64,000 nucleotides of DNA, from assembly GCF_009914755.1 (NCBI RefSeq), contig NC_060948.1. One strand, 5' to 3'. The notes under the pieces are model-generated. The model searched no databases. It was not told the DNA's origin and saw only the letters and a list, made by a program, of their open reading frames with translations. The stretch comes from the human T2T-CHM13v2.0 reference genome, Homo sapiens. How positions within the stretch are numbered: position 1 is the stretch's first letter; every line of letters starts with the position of its first letter. A program made the translations under genes and the position numbers. Shown piece by piece: positions 18,401-33,400 of the stretch.

Positions 18401-21400
18401 GAATGTAATGGAATGGAGTGCAGTGCAATGGAATGGAATGGAATGGAATGCAATGGAATGGAATGGAATGGAATGGAATGGAATGGTATGGAATGGATAG
18501 TAATGGACTGGAGTGAAATGGACTGGAAAAGAATGGACTCAAATTGAAAGGGCTCGAAAGGAAAGGAGTCAAATGGAATGGTCTGGAATGGAATGAACAC
18601 GAATGTAATGCAATCCAATAGAATGGAATCGAATGGCATGGAATATAAAGAAATGGAATCGAAGAGAATGGAAACAAATGGAATGGAATTGAATGGAATG
18701 GAATTGAATGGAATGGGAACGAATGGAGTGAAATTGTATGCAGTAGAAGAGAATAGAATGGAATGCAAGCGAAAGGAAAGGAATGGATTGGAATGGAATG
18801 GAATTCATTGGAATGGAAGAGAATGTAGTGTAATGGACAGGCCTGGAATAAAGTGGAATGCTACGGTCTCGAATGGAATAAAAATGTATGGAATGGAATG
18901 CAATGAAACGGAATCGAATGTCATAGAATGTAATGGAATGCAAGAAAATGGACTCCAAAATCATTGACTGGAAAGGCTGGGTGTCGAAAGGAATTGACTC
19001 CAATGGAATGGAATCGAATGGAATGGAAGTGAATAGAATCGAACTAAATCGAATGGAATGGAAATGATAGGAACGGAATGGAAAGGAATGCAATGATTTG
19101 GCATGGAATGGAATCGAATGGCATCGAATGGAATGGAATGGAATGCAATGGAATGGAATGTATTAGAATGTAATGAACTTTAATGGAATGTACTCGAATG
19201 GATTCGACTGGAATGGAATGTTCTGGAAGTGAATGGATTCCAATGGAATGGATTCGAAAGGAATGGAATCGAACGGAATGGAATCTAATGGAATGGAATT
19301 AAATGGAAATGAATTAAATTGAATAGCACGGAATTGAATTGAATTGAATCGAATGCAATGGAATCTAATGAAACGGAAAGGAAAGGAATGGAATGGAATG
19401 GAATGGGCTGGAATGGAAAGGAATCGAAACGAATGGAATGGAATCGAACTGAAGAGACTGGAATGGAATGCACTGGAATGGAAGGGAGTGTAATGGAAGT
19501 TTCTCGAAAAAGATGGAATCGATTGGAATGGAATTGAATGGAACGGAATAGAGTCGAATGGAATTGAATGGAATGGAATGGACTAGAGTGAAATGGAATC
19601 GAACCACAAGGAATGGACAGGAATAGAATGGTCTCGAATTGAATGGAATCGTATGGAAAGGCATCAAACGGAATGGAATGGACAGCCACGGAATGGAATG
19701 CACTCGAATGCAATGGAGTCGAAACTAATAGACTGGAATAGAATGGACTCGACTGGAACGGACTCCAATGGAAGGGAATCGAACGGAAGGGACTCGAAGG
19801 GAAAAGACTTCAATGGAAAGGTCTGGAATGGAATGGAAATTAATGGAATGGAATGGAATCGAATGAAATGGAGTCAAAAGGAATGGAATCGAATGGCAAG
19901 AAATTGAATGTAATGGAATCGCAAGGAATTGATGTGAACGGAACGGAATGGAATGGAATCCGAAGGAATGGAATAGAATGGAATGGAATCGAATGGAAAG
20001 GAATCGAATGGAAGGGAATGAAATTGAATCAACAGGAATGGAAGGGAGTAGAATAGACGGTAATGGAATGGACTCGAATAGAATGGACACGAATGCTCAA
20101 ATTGAATGGACTCGAATGGAAAGGAAACGAAAGGAATGTCATCGAATGGAATTGAATCGATTGGAATGAAATCGCATAGAATGGAGTGGAATCAAATGGA
20201 ATTGAATCGAAAGGAAAGGAAGCGAATGGACTGAAATGAAATGGAATGGAATTGAATGGAAAGTAATGCAATGGAATAGAATGGAACGAAATTTCACGGA
20301 ATGGAATCAAACTGAATGGAATCAAATCAATGGAATATAATCTAATGGAATGGAAAGGAATTGAATGGAGTAGATACGATTGGATGAGATTGGAATGAAA
20401 TGGAATGGAAAGGACTCGAATTTCATGAAACGGAATGGAATGAATTGGAACGGAATGGACTCGAATGGAATGGAATGTCATGGAATGGCAACAAATGGAA
20501 TGGCATCAAATGGAATGGAATCGAATGCAATGGAATGCTATGGAATGGAATGGAATGCATTGGAATGGAATGTCCTCTAATGGAATGGATTCGAGTGGAA
20601 TGGAATCGAATATAATGGAGTCGAATGAAATGGAATTGAAGGGAATGGGATCGAATAGAATGGAATATACTGGAATGTAATGTAATGAACTCGAATGTAA
20701 TTGACTGGAATGGAATGTACATGAATGGAATGTAATCGAATGGAAAGTAATCCAATGGAATAGAATCTAATGCAATAAAATCGACTCAAATAGAATAGAA
20801 TGTAATGGAATGGAGTGCAGTGCAATGGAATGGAATGGAATGGAATGCAATGGAATGCAATGGAATGGAATGGAATGGAATAGAATGCAATGCAATGGGA
20901 TGGAATGGTATGGAATGGATAGTAATGGACTGGAGTGAAATGGACTGGAAAGGAATGGACTCAAATTGAAAGGGCTCGAAAGGAATGGAGTGAAATGGCA
21001 TGGTCTGGAATGGAATGAACACGAATGTAATGCAATCCAGTAGAATGGAATCGAATGGCATGGAAAATAAAGAAATGGAATCGAAGAGAATGGAAACAAA
21101 TGGAATGGAATTGAATGGAATGGAATTGAATGGAATGGGAACGAATGGAGTGAAATTGTATGCAATAGAAGAGAATAGAATGGAATGCAAGCGAAAGGAA
21201 AGGAATGGATTGGCATGGAATGGAATTCATTGGAATGGAAGGGAATGTAGTGTAATGGACAGGCCTGGAATAAAGTGAAATGCTACGGTCTCGAATGGAA
21301 TAAAAAGGTATGGAATGGAATGCAATGAAACGGAATCGAATGTCATAGAATGTAATGGAATGCAAAAAAATGGACTCCAAAATCATTGACTGTAAAGTCT

Positions 21401-24400
21401 GGGTGTCGAAAGGAATTGACTCCAATGGAATGGAATCGAATGGAATGGAAGTGAATAGAATCGAACTAAATCGAATGGAATGGAATTGATAGGAACGGAA
21501 TGGAAAGGAATGCAATGATTTGGCATGGAATGGAATCGAATGGCATCGAATGGAATGGAATGGAATGCAATGGAATGGAATGTATTAGAATGTAATGAAC
21601 TTTAATGGAATGTACTCGAATGGATTCGACTGGAATGGAATATTCTGGAAGTGAATGGAATCCAATGGAATGGATTCGAAAGGAATGGAATCGAACGGAA
21701 TGGAATCTAATGGAATGGAATTAAATGGAAATGAATCAAATTGAATAGCACGGAATTGAATTGAATGGAATCGAATGCAATGGAATCTAATGAAACGGAA
21801 AGGAAAGGAATGGAATGGAATGGGCTGGAATGGAAAGGAATCGAAACGAATGGAATGGAATCGAACTGAAGAGACTGGAATGGAATGCACTGGAATGGAA
21901 GGGAGTGTAAGGGAAGGTTCTCGAAAAAAATGGAATCGAATGGAATGGAATTGAATGGAACGGAATAGAGTCGAATGGAATTCAATGGAATGGAATGGAC
22001 TAGAGTGAAATGGAATCGAACCACAAGGAATGGACAGGAATAGAATGGTCTCGAATTGAATGGAAACGTATGGAATGGCATCAAACGGAATGGAATGGAC
22101 AGCCACGGAATGGAATGCACTCGAATGCAATGGAGTCGAAACTAATGGACTGGAATAGAATGGACTCGACTGGTACGGACTCCAATGGAATGGAATCGAA
22201 TGGGAGGGAATCGAACGCAATGGACTCGAAGGGAAAAGACTGCAATGGAAAGGTCTCGAATGGAATGGAAATTAATGGAATGGAATGGAATCGAATGAAA
22301 TGGAGTCAAAAGGAATGGAATCGAATGGCAAGAAATCGAATGTAATGGAATCGCAAGGAATTGATGTGAACGGAACGGAATGGAATGGAATCCAAAGGAA
22401 TGGAATAGAATGGAATGGAATCGAATGGAAAGGACTCGAATGGAAATCACTCGAATAGAATGCAATTTAATAAAATAGGATCAAATGTAATGGAATGGAA
22501 TGGAAAGGAATCGAAACGAAAGGAATGGAGACAGATGAAATGGAATGGAACAGAGAGCAATGGTATAGAATGGAATGGAATCATCTGGAAAGGAATTGAA
22601 TGGAATGGAATAATATGAAATGGAATGGAATGGAATGGAATGGAATGCCCTTGAATTAAATGGACTGGAATGGAATGGACTCGAACAGAGTGGAATGAAA
22701 AGTGTTGAGATAGAATGGAATGGACTCCTTTGGAATGGTGTAGTATGCAATGCAATCGACTGGCAGGGAATCAAAAGGAATGTAATCGAATGGATTGGAC
22801 TGGAATGCTATGGACTCGAATAGATTGGAAACGGAATGCAAAGGAATGGAATGGAATAGTATGGAATGGAATGGAAAGGAATGGAGTGGAATAGACTAGA
22901 GTGGAATGGAATGGACTGGAAAGCAATGGACTGGAATGGAACTTTCTTGAATGGACTGGAATCAAACGGAATGGAATGCAATGCAATCAAATGGCATGGA
23001 ATAAAATAGAATGAAAGAGAATGAAATGGAATTGAATCGAATGGAATCGAATGGATTGGAAAGGAATAGAATGGAATGGAATGGAATTGACTCAAATGGA
23101 ATGGACTAGAATGGAATGGATTCGAATGGAAGGCAAAGGAATGGAATCTATTGGAATGGACTGTAATGGAATGGAATGGAAGGGATTGGAATGGACTCGA
23201 ATGGAATGGACTGCAATAGAAAGGATTCGAATGGAATGAAAAAGAATTGAATGGAATAGAACAGAATGGAATCAAATCGAATGAAATGGAATGGAATAGA
23301 AAGGAATGGAATGAAATGGAATGGAAAGGATTCGAATGGAATGCAATCGAATGGAATGCAATCGAATGGAACGGAATCGAACGGAATGGAATAAAATGGA
23401 AGAAAACTGGCAAGAAATGGAATCGAAATGAATGCAGTGTTATGGAACGGACTCAAAAGGAATTGAATGTAATAGAATGGAGTGGAGTGGACTCGAATAT
23501 AATAGACTGGAATGGAATGAAATCACATGGAATGGGAACGAATGGAATGGAATGGAAAGGAATGGAATCGAATGGAAAGGAATCGAATGGAAGGGAATGA
23601 AATTGAATCAACAGGAATGGAAAGGAGTAGAATAGACGGTAATGGAATGGGCTCGAATAGAATGGACACGAATGCTCAAATTAAATGGACTCGAATGGAA
23701 TGGAAACGAAAGGAATGTCATCGAATGGAATTGAATCGATTGGAATGAAATCACATAGAATGGAGTGGAATCAAATGGAATTGAATCGAAAGGAAAGGAA
23801 GCGAATGGACTGAAATGAAATGGAATGGAATTGAATGGAAATTAATGCAATGGAATAGAATGGAAAGAAATTTCACGGAATGGAATCAAACTGAATGGAA
23901 TCAAATCAATGGAATATAATCAAATGGAATGGAAGGGAATTGAATGGAGTAGATTGGATTGGATGGGATTGGAATGAAATGTACTGGAAAGGACTCGAAT
24001 TTCATGAAACGGAATGGAATGAATTAGAACGGAATGGACTCGAATGGAATGGAATATCACGGAATGGCATCAAATGGAATGGCATCAATTGGAATGGAAT
24101 CGAATGCAATGGAATGCTATGGAATGGAATGGAATGCATTGGAATGAAATGTCCTCTAATGGAATGGATTCGAGTGGAATGGAATCGAATATAATGGAGT
24201 CTAATGAAATGGAATTGAAAGGAATGGGATCCAATACAATGGAATATACTGGAATGTAATGTAATGAACTCGAATGTAATTGACTGGAATGGAATGTACA
24301 TGAATGGAATGTAATCGAATGGAAAGTAATCCAATGGAATAGAATCTAATGCAATAAAATCGACTCAAGTAGAGTAGAATGTAATGGAATGGAGTGCAGT

Positions 24401-27400
24401 GCAATGGAATGGAATGGAATGGAATGCAATGGAATGGAATGGAATGGAATGGGATGGAATGGTATGGAATGGATAGTAATGGTCTGGAGTGAAATGGACT
24501 GGAAAAGAATGGACTCAAATGTAAAGGGCTCGAAAGGAATGGAGTCAAATGGAATGGTCTGGAATGGAATGAACACGCATGTAATGCAATCCAATAGAAT
24601 GGAATCGAATGGCATGGAATATAAAGAAATAGAATCAAAGAGAATGGAAACAAATGGAATGGAATTGAATGGAATGGAATTGAATGGAATGGGAACGAAT
24701 GGAGTGAAATTGTATGCAGTAGAAGAGAATAGAATGGAATGCAAGCGAAAGGAAAGGAATGGATTGGAATGGAATGGAATTCATTGGAATGGAAGGGAAT
24801 GTAGTGTAATGGACAGGCCTGGAATAAAGTGGAATGCTACGGCCTCGAATGGAATAAAAATTTATGGAATGGAATGCAATGAAACGGAATCGAATGTCAT
24901 AGAATGTAATGGAATGCAAAAAAATGGAATCCAAAATCATTGACTGGAAAGGCTGGGTGTCGAAAGGAAATGACTCCAATGGAATGGAATCGAATGGAAT
25001 GGAAGTGAATAGAATCGAAGTAAATCGAATGGAATGGAATTGATAGGAACGGAATGGAAAGGAATGCAATGATTTGGCATGGAATGGAATCGAATGCCAT
25101 CGAATGGAATGGAATGGAATGCAATGGAATGGAATGTATTAGAATGTAATGAACTTTAATGGAATGTACTCGAATGGATTCGACTGGAATGGAATGTTCT
25201 CGAAGTGAATGGACTCCAATGGAATGGATTCGAAAGGAATGGAATCTAATGGAATGGAATTAAATGGAAATGAATCAAATTGAATAGAACGGAATTGAAT
25301 TGAATGGAATCGAATGCAATGGAATCTAATGAAACGGAAAGGAAAGGAATGGAATGGAATGGAATGGAATGGGCTGGAATGGAATGCAATCGAAACGAAT
25401 GGAATGGAATCGAACTGAAGAGACTGGAATGGAATGCACTGAAATGGAAGGGAATGTAATGGAAGGTTCTCGAAAAAAATGGAATCGAAAAGAATGGAAT
25501 TGAATGGAACGGAATAGAGTCGAATGGAATTCAATGGAATGGAATGGAATAGAGTGAAATGGAATCGAACCACAAGGAATGGACAGGAATAGAATGGTCT
25601 CGAATTGAATGGAATCGTATGGAATGGCATCAAACGGAATGGAATGGACAGCCACGGAATGGAATGCACTCGAATGCAATGGAGTCGAAACTAATGGACT
25701 GGAATAGAATGGACTCGACTGGTACGGACTCCAATGGAATGGAATCGAATGGAAGGGAATCGAACGGAATGGACTCGAAGGGAAAAGACTGCAATGGAAA
25801 GGTCTCGAATGGAATGGAAATTAATGGAATGGAATGGAATCGAATGAAGTGGAGTCAAAAGGAATGGAATTGAATGGCAAGAAATCGAATGTAATGGAAT
25901 CGCAAGGAATTGATGTGAACGGAACGGAATGGAATGGAATCCAAAGGAATGGAATAGAATGGAATGGAATCGAATGGAAAGGACTCGAATGGAAATCACT
26001 CGAATAGAATGCAATTTAATAAAATAGGATCAAATGTAATGGAATGGAATGGAAAGGAATCGAAACGAAAGGAATGGAGACAGATGGAATGGAATGGAAC
26101 AGAGAGCAATGGTATAGAATGGAATGGAATCATCTGGAATGGAATTGAATGGAATGGAATAACATGAAATGGAATGGAATGGAATGGAATGCCCTTGAAT
26201 TAAATGGACTGGAATGGAATGGACTCGAACAGAGTGGAATGGAAAGTGTTGAAATAGAATGGAATGGACTCGTTTGGAATGGTCTAGTATGCAATGCAAT
26301 CGACTGGCAGGGAATCAAAAGGAATGTAATCGAATGGATTGGACTGGAATGCAATGGACTCGAATAGATTGGAAACGGAATGCAAAGGAATGGAATGGAA
26401 TAGTATGGAATGGAATGGAAAGGAATGGAGTGGAATAGACTAGAGTGGAATGGAATGGACTCAAAAGCAATGGACTGGAATGGAAATTTCTTGAATGGAC
26501 TGGAATCAAACGGAATGGAAAGCAATGCAATCAAATGGCATGGAATAAAATAGAATGAAAGAGAATCAAATGGAATTGAATCGAATGGAATCGAATGGAT
26601 TGGAAAGGAATAGAATGGAATGGAATGGAATTGACTCAAATGGAATGGACTAGAATGGAATGGATTCGAATGGAAGGCAAAGGAATGGAATCTATTGGAA
26701 TGGACTGTAATGGAATGGAATGGAAGGGATTGGAATGGACTCGAATGGAATGGACTGCAATAGAAAGGATTCGAATGGAATGAAAAAGAATTGAATGGAA
26801 TAGAACAGAATGGAATCAAATCGAATGAAATGGAATGGAATAGAAAGGAATGGAATGAAATGGAATGGAAAGGATTCGAATGGAATGCAATCGAATGGAA
26901 TGGAATCGAACGGAATGGAATAAAATGGAAGAAAACTGGCAAGAAATGGAATCGAAATGAATGGAGTGTTATGGAACGGACTCAAAAGGAATTGAATGTA
27001 ATAGAATGGAGTGGAGTGGACTCGAATATAATGGACTGGAATGGAATGAAATCACATGGAATGGGAACGAATGGAATGGAATGGAAAGGAATGGAATCGA
27101 ATGGAAAGGAATGGAATGGAAGGGAATGAAACTGAGTCAACAGGAATGGAAGGGAGTAGAATAGACGGTAATGGAATGGACTCGAATAGAATGGACACGA
27201 ATGCACAAATTGAATGGACTCGAATGGAATGGAAACGAAAGGAATGTCATCGAATGGAATTGAATCGATTGGAATGAAATCGCATAGAATGGAGTGGAAT
27301 CAAATGGAATTGAATCGAAAGGAAAGGAAGCGAATGGACTGAAATGAAATGGAATGGAATTGAATGGAAAGTAATGCAATGGAATAGAATGCAACGAAAT

Positions 27401-30400
27401 TTCACGGAATGGAATCAAACTGAATGGAATCAAATCAATGGAATCTAATCAAATGGAATGGAAAGGAATTGAATGGAGTAGATTGGATTGGATGGGATTG
27501 GAATGAAATGTACTGGAAAGGACTCGAATTTCATGAAACGGAATGGAATGAATTGGAACGGAATGGACTCGAAAGGAATGGAATGACATGGAATGGCATC
27601 AAATGGAATGGCGTCAAATGGAATGGAATCAAATGCAATGGAATGCTATGGAATGGAATGGAATGCATTGGAATGGAATGTCCTCTAATGGAATGGATTT
27701 GAGTGGAATGGAATCGAATATAATGGAGTCGAATGAAATGGAATTGAAAGGAATGGGATCGAATAGAATGGAATATACTGGAATGTAATGTAATGAACAC
27801 GAATGTAATTGACTGGAATGGAATGTACATGAATGGAATGTAATCGAATGGAAAGTAATCCAATGGAATAGAATGTAATGCAATAAAATCGACTCAAATA
27901 GAATAGAATGTAATGGAATGGAGTGCAGTGCAATGGAATGGAATGGAATGGAATGCAATGGAATGGAATGGAATGGAATGGAATGGAATGGTATGGAATG
28001 GATAGTAATGGACTGGAGTGAAATGGACTGGAAAAGAATGGACTCAAATTGAAAGGGCTCGAAAGGAAAGGAGTCAAATGGAATGGTCTGGAATGGAATG
28101 AACACGAATGTAATGCAATCCAATAGAATGGAATCGAATGGCATGGAATATAAAGAAATGGAATCGAAGAGAATGGAAACAAATGGAATGGAATTGAATG
28201 GAATGGTATTGAATGGAATGGGAACGAATGGAGTGAAATTGTATGCAGTAGAAGAGAATAGAAAGGAATGCAAGCGAAAGGAAAGGAATGGATTGGAATG
28301 GAATGGAATTCATTGGAATGGAAGAGAATGTAGTGTAATGGACAGGCCTGGAATAAAGTGGAATGCTACGGTCTCGAATGGAATAAAAATGTATGGAATG
28401 GAATGCAATGAAACGGAATCGAATGTCATAGAATGTAATGGAATGCAAAAAAATGGACTCCAAAATCATTGACTGGAAAGGCTGGGTGTCGAAAGGAATT
28501 GACTCCAATGGAATGGAATCGAATGGAATGGAAGTGAATAGAATCGAACTAAATCGAATGGAATGGAATTGATAGGAACGGAATGGAAAGTAATGCAATG
28601 ACTTGGCATGGAATGGAATCGAATGACATCGAATGGAATGGAATGGAATGCAATGGAATGGAATGTATTAGAATGTAATGAACATTAATGGAATGTACTC
28701 GAATGGATTCGACTGGAATGGAATGTTCTGGAAGTGAATGGACTCCAATGGAATGGATTCGAAAGGAATGGAATCGAAAAGAATGGAATCTAATGGACTG
28801 GAATTAAATGGAAATAAATCAAATTGAATAGCACGGAATTGAATTGAATGGAATCGAATGCAATGGAATCTAATGAAACGGAAAGGAAAGGAATGGAATG
28901 GAATGGAATGGGCTGGAATGGAATGGAATCGAAACGAATGGAATGGAATCGAACTGAAGAGACTGGAATGGAATGCACTGGAATGGAAGGGAGTGTAAGG
29001 GAAGGTTCTCGAAAAAAATGGAATCGAATGGAATGGAATTGAATGGAACGGAATAGAGTCGAATGGAATTCAATGGAATGGAATGGACTAGAGTGAAATG
29101 GAATCGAACCACAAGGAATGGACAGGAATAGAATGGTCTCGAATTGAATGGAAACGTATGGAATGGCATCAAACGGAATGGAATGGACAGCCACGGAATG
29201 GAATGCACTCGAATGCAATGGAGTCGAAACTAATGGACTGGAATAGAATGGACTCGACTGGTACGGACTCCAATGGAATGGAATCGAATGGGAGGGAATC
29301 CAACGGAATGGACTCGAAGGGAAAAGACTGCAATGGAAAGGTCTCGAATGGAATGGAAATTAATGGAATGGAATGGAATCGAATGAAATGGAGTCAAAAG
29401 GAATGGAATCGAATGGCAAGAAATCGAATGTAATGGAATCGCAAGGAATTGATGTGAACGGAACGGAATGGAATGGAATCCAAAGGAATGGAATAGAATG
29501 GAATGGAATCGAATGGAAAGGACTCGAATGGAAATCACTCGAATAGAATGCAATTTAATAAAATAGGATCAAATGTAATGGAATGGAATGGAAAGGAATC
29601 GAAACGAAAGGAATGGAGACAGATGAAATGGAATGGAACAGAGAGCAATGGTATAGAATGGAATGGAATCATCTGGAAAGGAATTGAATGGAATGGAATA
29701 ATATGAAATGGAATGGAATGGAATGGAATGGAATGGAATGCCCTTGAATTAAATGGACTGGAATGGAATGGACTCGAACAGAGTGGAATGGAAAGTGTTG
29801 AGATAGAATGGAATGGACTCCTTTGGAATGGTGTAGTATGCAATGCAATCGACTGGCAGGGAATCAAAAGGAATGTAATGGAATGGATTGGACTGGAATG
29901 CAATGGACTCGAATAGATTGGAAACGGAATGCAAAGGAATGGAATGGAATAGTATGGAATGGAATGGAAAGGAATGGAGTGGAATAGACTAGAGTGGAAT
30001 GGAATGGACTGGAAAGCAATGGACTGGAATGGAACTTTCTTGAATGGACTGGAATCAAACGGAATGGAATGCAATGCAATCAAATGGCATGGAATAAAAT
30101 AGAATGAAAGAGAATCAAATGGAATTGAATCGAATGGAATCGAATGGATTGGAAAGGAATCGAATGGAATGGAAAGGAATTGACTCAAATGGAATGGACT
30201 AGAATGGAATGGATTCGAATGGAAGGCAAAGGAATGGAATCTATTGGAATGGACTGTAATGGAATGGAATGGAAGGGATTGGAATGGACTCGAATGGAAT
30301 GGACTGCAATAGAAAGGATTCGAATGGAATGAAAAAGAATTGAATGGAATAGAACAGAATGGAATCAAATCGAATGAAATGGAATGGAATAGACAGGAAT

Positions 30401-33400
30401 GGAATGAAATGGAATGGAAAGGATTCGAATGGAATGCAATCGAATGGAATGGAATCGAACGGAATGGAATAAAATGGAAGAAAACTGGCAAGAAATGGAA
30501 TCGAAATGAATGGAGTGTTATTGAACGGACTCAAAAAAATTGAATGTAATAGAATGGAGTGGAGTGGACTCGAATATAATGGACTGGAATGGAATGAAAT
30601 CACATGGAATGGGAACGAATGGAATGGAATGGAAAGGAATGGAATCGAATGGAAAGGAATCGAATGGAAGGGAATGAAATTGAATCAACAGGAATGGAAA
30701 GGAGTAGAATAGACGGTAATGGAATGGGCTCGAATAGAATGGACACGAATGCTCAAATTAAATGGACTCAAATGGAATGGAAACGAAAGGAATGTCATCG
30801 AATGGAATTGAATCGATTGGAATGAAATCACATAGAATGGAGTGGAATCAAATGGAATTGAATCGAAAGGAAAGGAAGCGAATGGACTGAAATGAAATGG
30901 AATGGAATTGAATGGAAATTAATGCAATGGAATAGAATGGAAAGAAATTTCACGGAATGGAATCAAACTGAATGGAATCAAATCAATGGAATATAATCAA
31001 ATGGAATGGAAAGGAATTGAATGGAGTAGATTGGATTGGATGGGATTGGAATGAAATGTACTGGAAAGGACTCGAATTTCAAGAAACGGAATGGAATGAA
31101 TTAGAACGGAATGGACTCGAATGGAATGGAATATCACGGAATGGCATCAAATGGAATGGCATCAATTGGAATGGAATCGAATGCAATGGAATGCTATGGA
31201 ATGGAATGGAATGCATTGGAATGGAATGTCCTCTAATGGAATGGAATCGAGTGGAATGGAATCGAATATAATGGAGTCTAATGAAATGGAATTGAAAGGA
31301 ATGGGATCCAATACAATGGAATATACTGGAATGTAATGTAATGAACTCGAATGTAATTGACTGGAATGGAATGTACATGAATGGAATGTAATCGAATGGA
31401 AAGTAATCCAATGGAATAGAATCTAATGCAATAAAATCGACTCAAGTAGAGTAGAATGTAATGGAATGGAGTGCAGTGCAATGGAATGGAATGGAATGGA
31501 ATGCAATGGAATGGAATGGAATGGAATGGAATGGAATGGGATGGAATGGTATGGGATGGATAGTAATGGACTGGAGTGAAATGGACTGGAAAGGAATGGA
31601 CTCAAATTGAAAGGGCTCGAAAGGAATGGAGTCAAATGGAATGGTCTGGAATGGAATGAACACGAATGTAATGCAATCCAATAGAATGGAATCGAATGGC
31701 ATGGAATATAAAGAAATGGAATCGAAGAGAATGGAAACAAATGGAATGGAATTGAATGGAATGGAATTGAATGGAATGGGAACGAATGGAGTGAAATTGT
31801 ATGCAGTAGAAGAGAATAGAATGGAATGCAAGCGAAAGGAAAGGAATGGATTGGAATGGAATGGAATTCATTGGAATGGAAGGGAATGTAGTGTAATGGA
31901 CAGGCCTGGAATAAAGTGGAATGCTACGGTCTCGAATGGAATAAAAATGTATGGAATGGAATGCAATGAAACGGAACCGAATGTCATAGAATGTAATGGA
32001 ATGCAAAAAAATGGAATCCAAAATCATTGACTGGAAAGGCTGGGTGTCGAAAGGAATTGACTCCAATGGAATGGAATCGAATGGAATGGAAGTGAATAGA
32101 CTCGAACTAAATCGAATGGAATGGAATTGATAGGAACGGAATGGAAAGGAATGCAATGATTTGGCATGGAATGGAATCGAATGGCATCGAATGGAATGGA
32201 ATGGAATGCAATGGAATGGAATGTATTAGAATGTAATGAACTTTAATGGAATGTACTCGAATGGATTCGACTGGAATGGAATGTTCTGGAAGTGAATGGA
32301 CTCCAATGGAATGGATTCGAAAGGAATGGAATCTAATGGAATGGAATTAAGTGGAAATGAATCAAATTGAATAGAACGGAATTGAATTGAATGGAATCGA
32401 AAGCAATGGAATCTAATGAAACGGAAAGGAAAGGAATGGAATGGATTGGAATGGAATGGGCTTGAATGGAATGGAATCGAAACGAATGGAATGGTATCGA
32501 ACTGAAGAGACTGGAATGGAATGCACTGGAATGGAAGGGAATGTAATGGAAGGTTCTCAAGAAAAATGGAATCGAAAGGAATGGAATTGAATGGAACGGA
32601 ATAGAGTCGAATGGAATTCAATGGAATGGAATGGACTAGAGTGAAATGGAATCGAACCACAAGGAATGGACAGGAATAGAATGGTCTCGAATTGAATGGA
32701 ATCGTATGGAATGGCATCAAACGGAATGGAATGGACAGCCACGGAATGGAATGCACTCGAATGCAATGGAGTCGACACTAACGGACTGGAATAGAATGGA
32801 CTCGACTGGTACGGACTCCAATGGAATGGAATCGAATGGAAGGGTATCGAACGGAATGGACTCGAAGGGAAAAGACTGCAATGGAAAGGTCTCGAATGGA
32901 ATGGAAATTAATGGAATGGAATGGAGTCGAATGAAATGGAGTCAAAAGGAATGGAATCGAATGGCAAGAAATCGAATGTAATGGAATCGCAAGGAATTGA
33001 AGTGAACGGAACGGAATGGAATGGAATCCAAAGGAATGGAATAGAATGGAATGGAATCGAATGGAAAGGACTCGAATGGAAATCACTCGAATAGAATGCA
33101 ATTTAATAAAATAGGATCAAATGTAATGGAATGGAATGGAAAGGAATCGAAACGAAAGGAATGGAGACAGATGGAATGGAATGGAACAGAGAGCAATGGT
33201 ATAGAATGGAATGGAATCATCTGGAATGGAATTGAATGGAATGGAATAATATGAAATGGAATGGAATGGAATGGAATGCCCTTGAATTAAATGGACTGGA
33301 ATGGAATGGACTCGAACAGAGTGTAATGGAAAGTGTTGAAATAGAATGGAATGGACTCGTTTGGAATGGTCTAGTATGCAATGCAATCGACTGGCAGGGA

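Noticed and set aside
18840-21262. Shortened DYZ1 unit (2422 bp) is almost the same length as the DYZ2 period (2417-2421 bp)
   Set aside because: The length is explained by the position of the 23-bp internal repeats; a single instance with no sequence relationship to DYZ2, so probably coincidence.
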